From: Catajapyx aquilonaris
Lineage: Eukaryota
Reading direction: 5' to 3'
Assembly (NCBI GenBank): GCA_000934665.2
Contig: JYFJ02003992.1
Location: forward strand, 1 to 35,846
DNA length: 35,846 nucleotides
The position numbers and the translations under genes were made by a program. A model generated the notes under the pieces. It was given only the letters and a program-made list of their open reading frames with translations. It was not told the DNA's origin and made no database searches. Positions 30,938 through 35,846 of the stretch are shown in pieces (position 1 is the stretch's first letter; the number at the start of each line of letters is the position of its first letter).

Positions 30938-32231
30938 CTGAGGAGACCACACAATGCACGCAATCAGTACAAATCGTCCAATAACACTGGGCCACAGGTT
31001 CCGTCGCAATTCGCCCGATGCAGACTCGCCAGACCAGTTTGCATCGGGCGAATTATTATCGGTATGATACCGTCATTCACAGTTGTTTCACCTAACAATG
31101 GAAAGTGTCAACCAGAGAATGGTACGGATACAACAGCGACTTTCAACAATCGTGCTGGGAGTAACAACTGACCGTATGTACGGGATTAATTGTTACCCCC
31201 TTGTCAACAATGTGACTGAATATTGACGCCATTCTATGGCTAAAACAAGGAGTGGGAGGAGATGGATTGTTCAAAGGAAGAGGTGAAAGCAGTTCATGCT
31301 ATTTTACACTTGAGAAGGCTTCGGGCATCATTAGATCGCGCGCAAATTACAGGGGGTGCAGCGCAATGACAAGTGGGATAATTATTGTTCTGAGGCAAGC
31401 AATAGAGGCGTGTCTCTCGTAATGATTTCGAATTGAGGCGTAGGAGTGGAAAACAACTGATGTCCAATGCAGATTGAAAATTAAGGAATCTGCGGCCCCC
31501 TTTTGTTGATGTGCCAACAAATTGATAAGAATTCATAGTTTGCGACTTGTCCATGAAGCAATGTCCGCATGTTACCTCTTCAACAAGTGCCCTCTCTCCG
31601 GAGAGCATGATTCTCTCTCCAAGATCAGGGCTGACGTGTAGTGCCAGACACTCATAGCCGTGATGAGCGTCATTGTCCTCGTCGTCTTCGTCGTCGTCTT
31701 CTCCTTCGTGCGTCCTGGACACCACTGCCATCGCCGAAGAGGCTCCTCCACCCCCGCCTTTGCCTCGGACTCTCCCGCTGCTGTTGTGCCATCCCCGTCC
31801 TCGGTTCTTGTTGGCGGGTGGTCCTGAGTATTGTTGCTGCTGCTGTTGCTGTTGGTGCTGTTGTTGCTGTTGTTGCAGCTGCCTTTCTCTCTTGAACTGT
31901 TCCAACTGCTTGCACATGCCTGCAGGCCAGAGAAACACGTACAGGTTCAATTAGGGAGCATCGCACTTGACCTTTACTGTTACAGCATAATATTGTTATG
32001 CAATGGGATAATAGAGTTGTCATACCTGGTATCTCGAAGTATCGCGCTTCTTCGATAAGCAGCTCCAGGTCCATGAAGTTTTCTGGGAGGTTGAGCTTTG
32101 CGTTCCTCATGTAGTTGAGGATGTGGCGGAACATCTTGCCGTCCCGGTCGATGAAGTAATGCTGCTTCAGGCTGTCCAGCACAATCGGGATGCTGCCGTT
32201 AAACATCCTTGCGAGTCTGGACTCGGGAAAC
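30701..32231 (-). CDS. KCTD15: BTB/POZ domain protein of the KCTD1/KCTD15 (tiwaz-like) family, 5'-partial: complement(join(30701-30937,31576-31919,32026-32231))
   Basis: FPESRLARMFNGSIPIVLDSLKQHYFIDRDGKMFRHILNYMR (T1-type BTB); [30 protein letters not shown] and HVIRFPLNGYCKLNSVQ...GGGVEGQQFSEYLF are KCTD1/15 C-terminal hallmarks; splice phases are consistent. The exon with the start of the BTB domain was not found in the window. Confidence 0.92.
31576..31919 (-). CDS. KCTD15: KCTD1/15-like exon (polyQ/Gly/acidic linker and start of C-terminal domain)
   Basis: Minus-strand acceptor CCTGCAG|GC and donor GAG|GTAACA. Confidence 0.9.
32026..32231 (-). CDS. KCTD15: KCTD1/15-like exon (BTB domain core)
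   Basis: Minus-strand acceptor CATCAG|G and donor CCAG|GTATGA. Confidence 0.92.
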
Positions 32232-35200
32232 CTGATGATGGACATCAACATCCGTTAAACTCTTGCCCTTACTCGAGTACCACTAACAGAATAGTCGTCA
32301 CGTCACAATTGGGAACAATGATTGTCACTTATACACTCGGAACACCTGCTCAGTACAGAAAACATTCCTGCAACATTTACTATTCTGCTATATCACATTT
32401 TACCGCATATTATACCATGAAGCCATAATTATAATCATGTGCATATTGTTCATTCCATGTCGAGATTCCCCCGCCCCCCTCTTCAAGCCCTTAATACCCG
32501 TGGCAACTTGAAGTTTTATAGCACTGTTGAATTTGAACTCCAAATGAGCACGGGACGTGAAAATGGAGCAGTCACGTAATGACAACGCACACAATCAATA
32601 ATCAGGGGGAAGTTCATCAATCAGACCGATATCAACTTACGGGAAACGAGCATCGATTACCATTGACATGCCGCTGATGTAATAAATATAGCCAGCATAC
32701 TATATAGGCTGTGTCAGTGCGCAGAATATGTCGGTTTATTGCACGCAATTGACTCGCTGCAAAAAGCGTTATCGAGTTTAGGCAGTAAATCTTGCGCAAG
32801 AAGCACCTGCCCGTCTCTTTCATTACCGCAGTTACCTGGGGTATATATTTTTTTTATTCCACCTTACCCCCCTATGCCTCTCCAACTCACACACTATTTT
32901 CTTCTCGCACCTGCTTGCCTCCAGCTACATGGATGGATGTACAGTATATCCTCAGGCATTATAATTGGGAGAGAAAAAAATGAGCAGCGTCTGCCTTCTG
33001 GCCTAGCAAAATAATCCAGGGAAATCCCAAGTTTTTTTTAGCATATGTATTAAACACATTCGCTCGTTTTGCCCCGCATCGACAGTTCAGTTTGCAAAAA
33101 AAAAGGAGGGATAATTTTAAAACAGTTTTGCAAGGGTCATTGCTGGTCATGTGTTGTATACAGATCCGCTCATTTGACAACCGGTGCTCCGGACTATAAC
33201 TGTTATTGTATTACAAGTAATAGGGCTTGTTTTATGCATACGGTCTTGGAGCAAGTTTGGAGCATCGTTAAGTAACTCCGATGAAAATTGCTGGGTAATA
33301 GCTTTAAGCAGTTTGTTGGCAGGGTGGGTCGAAAAGTGAGAAGAAGAAGGGTGGAGACTGAGACTGGCTGGGAGGGTTGTCGACCCCTTGGGCCAGCAGC
33401 TGAGCCCCAAGTCAGAAGATCCATTGCATCCCTGCCATCCGGGCCTATCCCTCAGCCTCCCAAAAGCCCTTCCTCAGCGGGTGCTCGCGACCTTATAAGG
33501 CCAGAGAGAAAAAGAGAAAGAGCGCCAGAGGAGAAGAAGAGAGCCAGTTTTGCTGCTATATACGCATGCCCTCGGGCAATTTCTCCGCTGCCTCTCATTC
33601 CAGCTCAGCTTCCCTGGAGGAGGAATCTCTTCTCCCTGCTGCCACCCAACCCTGCCCCGCAACCTCTCATTCCGACTAGCCCTCAGGCCATATACCTTCA
33701 ATGCTGACTGCGCGCACTACCTTTTTCATACACCCGTACTCTCCGGATAAATCCATACTCAAGTTATGAGCTAAGCGTCTCCTCCAAAGTTATAATGACA
33801 GTCAACGAGAGAGAGAGAAAAAATAAGAGCTCCGGATCCTCAAAGGAAGATATTGTGACCTTTGTGCTCGACATTTGCTGTCTCAAGGATACGTTCTTTT
33901 TTTTTTTAGCCCAACCAGATTAGTAAGACAATGTCGTGACAAACTTAACGAGAGGAACTAGTTTGCCTTTCCAGTTTTCAATTCCAAACTGAATTGGGCC
34001 ATTTTACCTTCGTCAGACAATAGTAGATTCATCAATTATGTTGTCAGCAATTTTGAAACCCAATATGCCTGTGGTCCAGCTCGAAAATTGGGGAGTGAAG
34101 AAGAGGGAAGACATAAATTAGGCGACCCTTTCCCCCCCCGAGTTGAAGGACTGGAGGTCAAACGAAGCCACCTCGAGTGGTCTGTCCATTTAGGTCGCCT
34201 TTATACCAAACGGTTGACCCGAATGCGGATCCTTGGCACAAGAAATTTGTGTATGTTGCTGGAGGGCCAGAAGAGGAGGGAGGATGGGGGAGGTTGAAGC
34301 CGCATCCAGAACCCCCACCTTTCCCACTTTTTGGCAGCCCCAGGCCATTCCAACTGGCCACGAGTCACCCACGCCCTGCGCACGACCCAAACCTGCACGG
34401 AACAACTTGTTCGTGTGAGTTGGCTCAGGTGTACCCCGGGGCCATCCCTGTTCCAAGCCCTGTATACTCCCTCCTTCCCCCTCCGCCTCCATCACTGTGC
34501 ATATATCCTATATCCCGCCCCAGGACGTGTAATACAAGGCAGACAGTCGGAGTTCCGCAAACGCGACATTTTTTTTTTCCTTCTGAAATATACCAGTGTC
34601 GTGGATGTCATGCCGACTCGTTAATACGGTACACCCAGAGTCCTTTTGCATGATGTAACGATTAGGAGGGCGGGAGATATTGTGTCGATGAGTGGTCAAA
34701 TTGAATGAGCATGTAGGGGAGGGTCAGGGGTATTAAATATATGACTGCATTCGTTATGAAATGGAGGTACTGTAGTGCAAGACCTGTACGGCGTATCTCA
34801 TTAAACCCCACTAACGAGTTACATTCAAAATGTATGACAATCACACGAGTAATTACAGGCGGGCTACGGTGCCTGGAATATGCAAGCTAGGATATAATAA
34901 AACTTACCGGACGTGAGCACATTGTAATGCGGGTACGGCAAACCTTTCGCATCGTAATGAAAGGATTGTATGTGGCACGTTGTTATTGCGAACAAAAACA
35001 TTTTGCGCTGTGCGATTTTCAGGATTCATATAGGCGTCAGTGGTAGCTGTTATTATTTTAATAATTCTCTGAATATGTGGATACTGGATACATTGAAGGT
35101 TATATAGTTGAATGGAAGGAATATATCCTGCTGGTTCTACCACCATGCAACCAGCACCCTTTCAACATCAGAGTGATCTAACCAGCAGAATATTTTTTAT

Positions 35201-35846
35201 CATTCATGAGGATACCAAAACGACAATTTGTTTTCTGTACGTAATAGTAGTGAAATTGGCAAAATTTAACGCGATAAATATTGCATGTGGAATTTGCAAG
35301 CTGAATTGCGCATGCTCTTTCCACCAAGTTTTTGTGCAATGGCGGATTAGTCAGAATTCAATTTCAAGGTTATTTATTCAGTACTGACCAACGCAAGGAG
35401 TAGACCTATTTAGAAGAAAAAAAAAAGGGGCTTGAGATCGAATTCTGCTGCGCCACTCCGCCTCTCCAAAATTCTTTTTAACTATTCCGTTACACTTTTA
35501 TACACTTCCTTGATGAGCTATTTCATTTTCCGGCGCAACCTGGTAATACCTTGTGATTGCCTGGCCCAAAAAGTACCCGTTATTGGATCTGATTCTGCTG
35601 AACATGACATTAGAGTTACGTGAATTTCTGCAATAATAGTTTCGTGACATAATTATGTTCTGCAAAGAAACTAATTATTGCATTAGAGCGATACACAATT
35701 ATTGGATCTACGTTCATTAGTACACGACGTAATTGGGAAGCAACATTATGAATCGCTACATTTCGGACGCTTGAGCTGAGCTATACGTGGGGTGTTGCGG
35801 TATGCGTAGTAGTCAGGATGCACAGTACGCTTGCAAGTGCCCCCCC

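Noticed and set aside
34904..35146. Upstream KCTD coding exon at the minus-strand GTAAGT donor near 34907
   Set aside because: The translation lacks the expected BTB N-terminal residues (HIDVGG...YTSSL-type); the real exon is probably outside the window.
1..35846. Prokaryotic systems (CRISPR array, operon, defence island)
   Set aside because: The window is spliceosomal-intron-containing animal DNA; there are no regularly spaced direct repeats or operon-like ORFs.

Overview
Eukaryotic (animal, most likely arthropod/insect) genomic DNA, so most ORF-track entries are spurious or exon fragments. Two convergent spliced genes: (1) a complete TAF4 (TFIID subunit 4) gene on +, with 15 predicted coding exons from ATG 2545 to TGA 23574. 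GT-AG junctions give a phase-consistent CDS of 3414 nt (about 1137 aa) with a conserved N-terminal motif, low-complexity Q/A/P region, TAFH/NHR1 domain, histone fold and conserved C-terminus. (2) The last three coding exons of a KCTD1/KCTD15 (tiwaz-like) BTB gene on - (32231 to 30701); its 5' exons were not found in the window. Introns and flanks hold many non-autonomous inverted-repeat DNA elements, mostly TA-flanked Tc1/mariner/pogo types, several of them near-complete 130-760 bp fold-backs. Highlights: two copies of a fold-back family built from the 3' end of a mariner transposase; a three-level nested insertion (tRNA-derived Nin/Deu-domain SINE inside a mariner MITE inside an older TIR element); a MITE carrying a candidate 103-nt poison exon whose splice donor is masked by its own opposite arm; a MITE with 221-bp perfect arms and mirrored CRE/GC-box/E2F-like sites upstream of TAF4; and a CpG-deamination signature confined to the TAF4 gene body. 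I find no firm evidence of a wholly new protein system; the best candidates for novelty are these TE-derived RNA/DNA structures.
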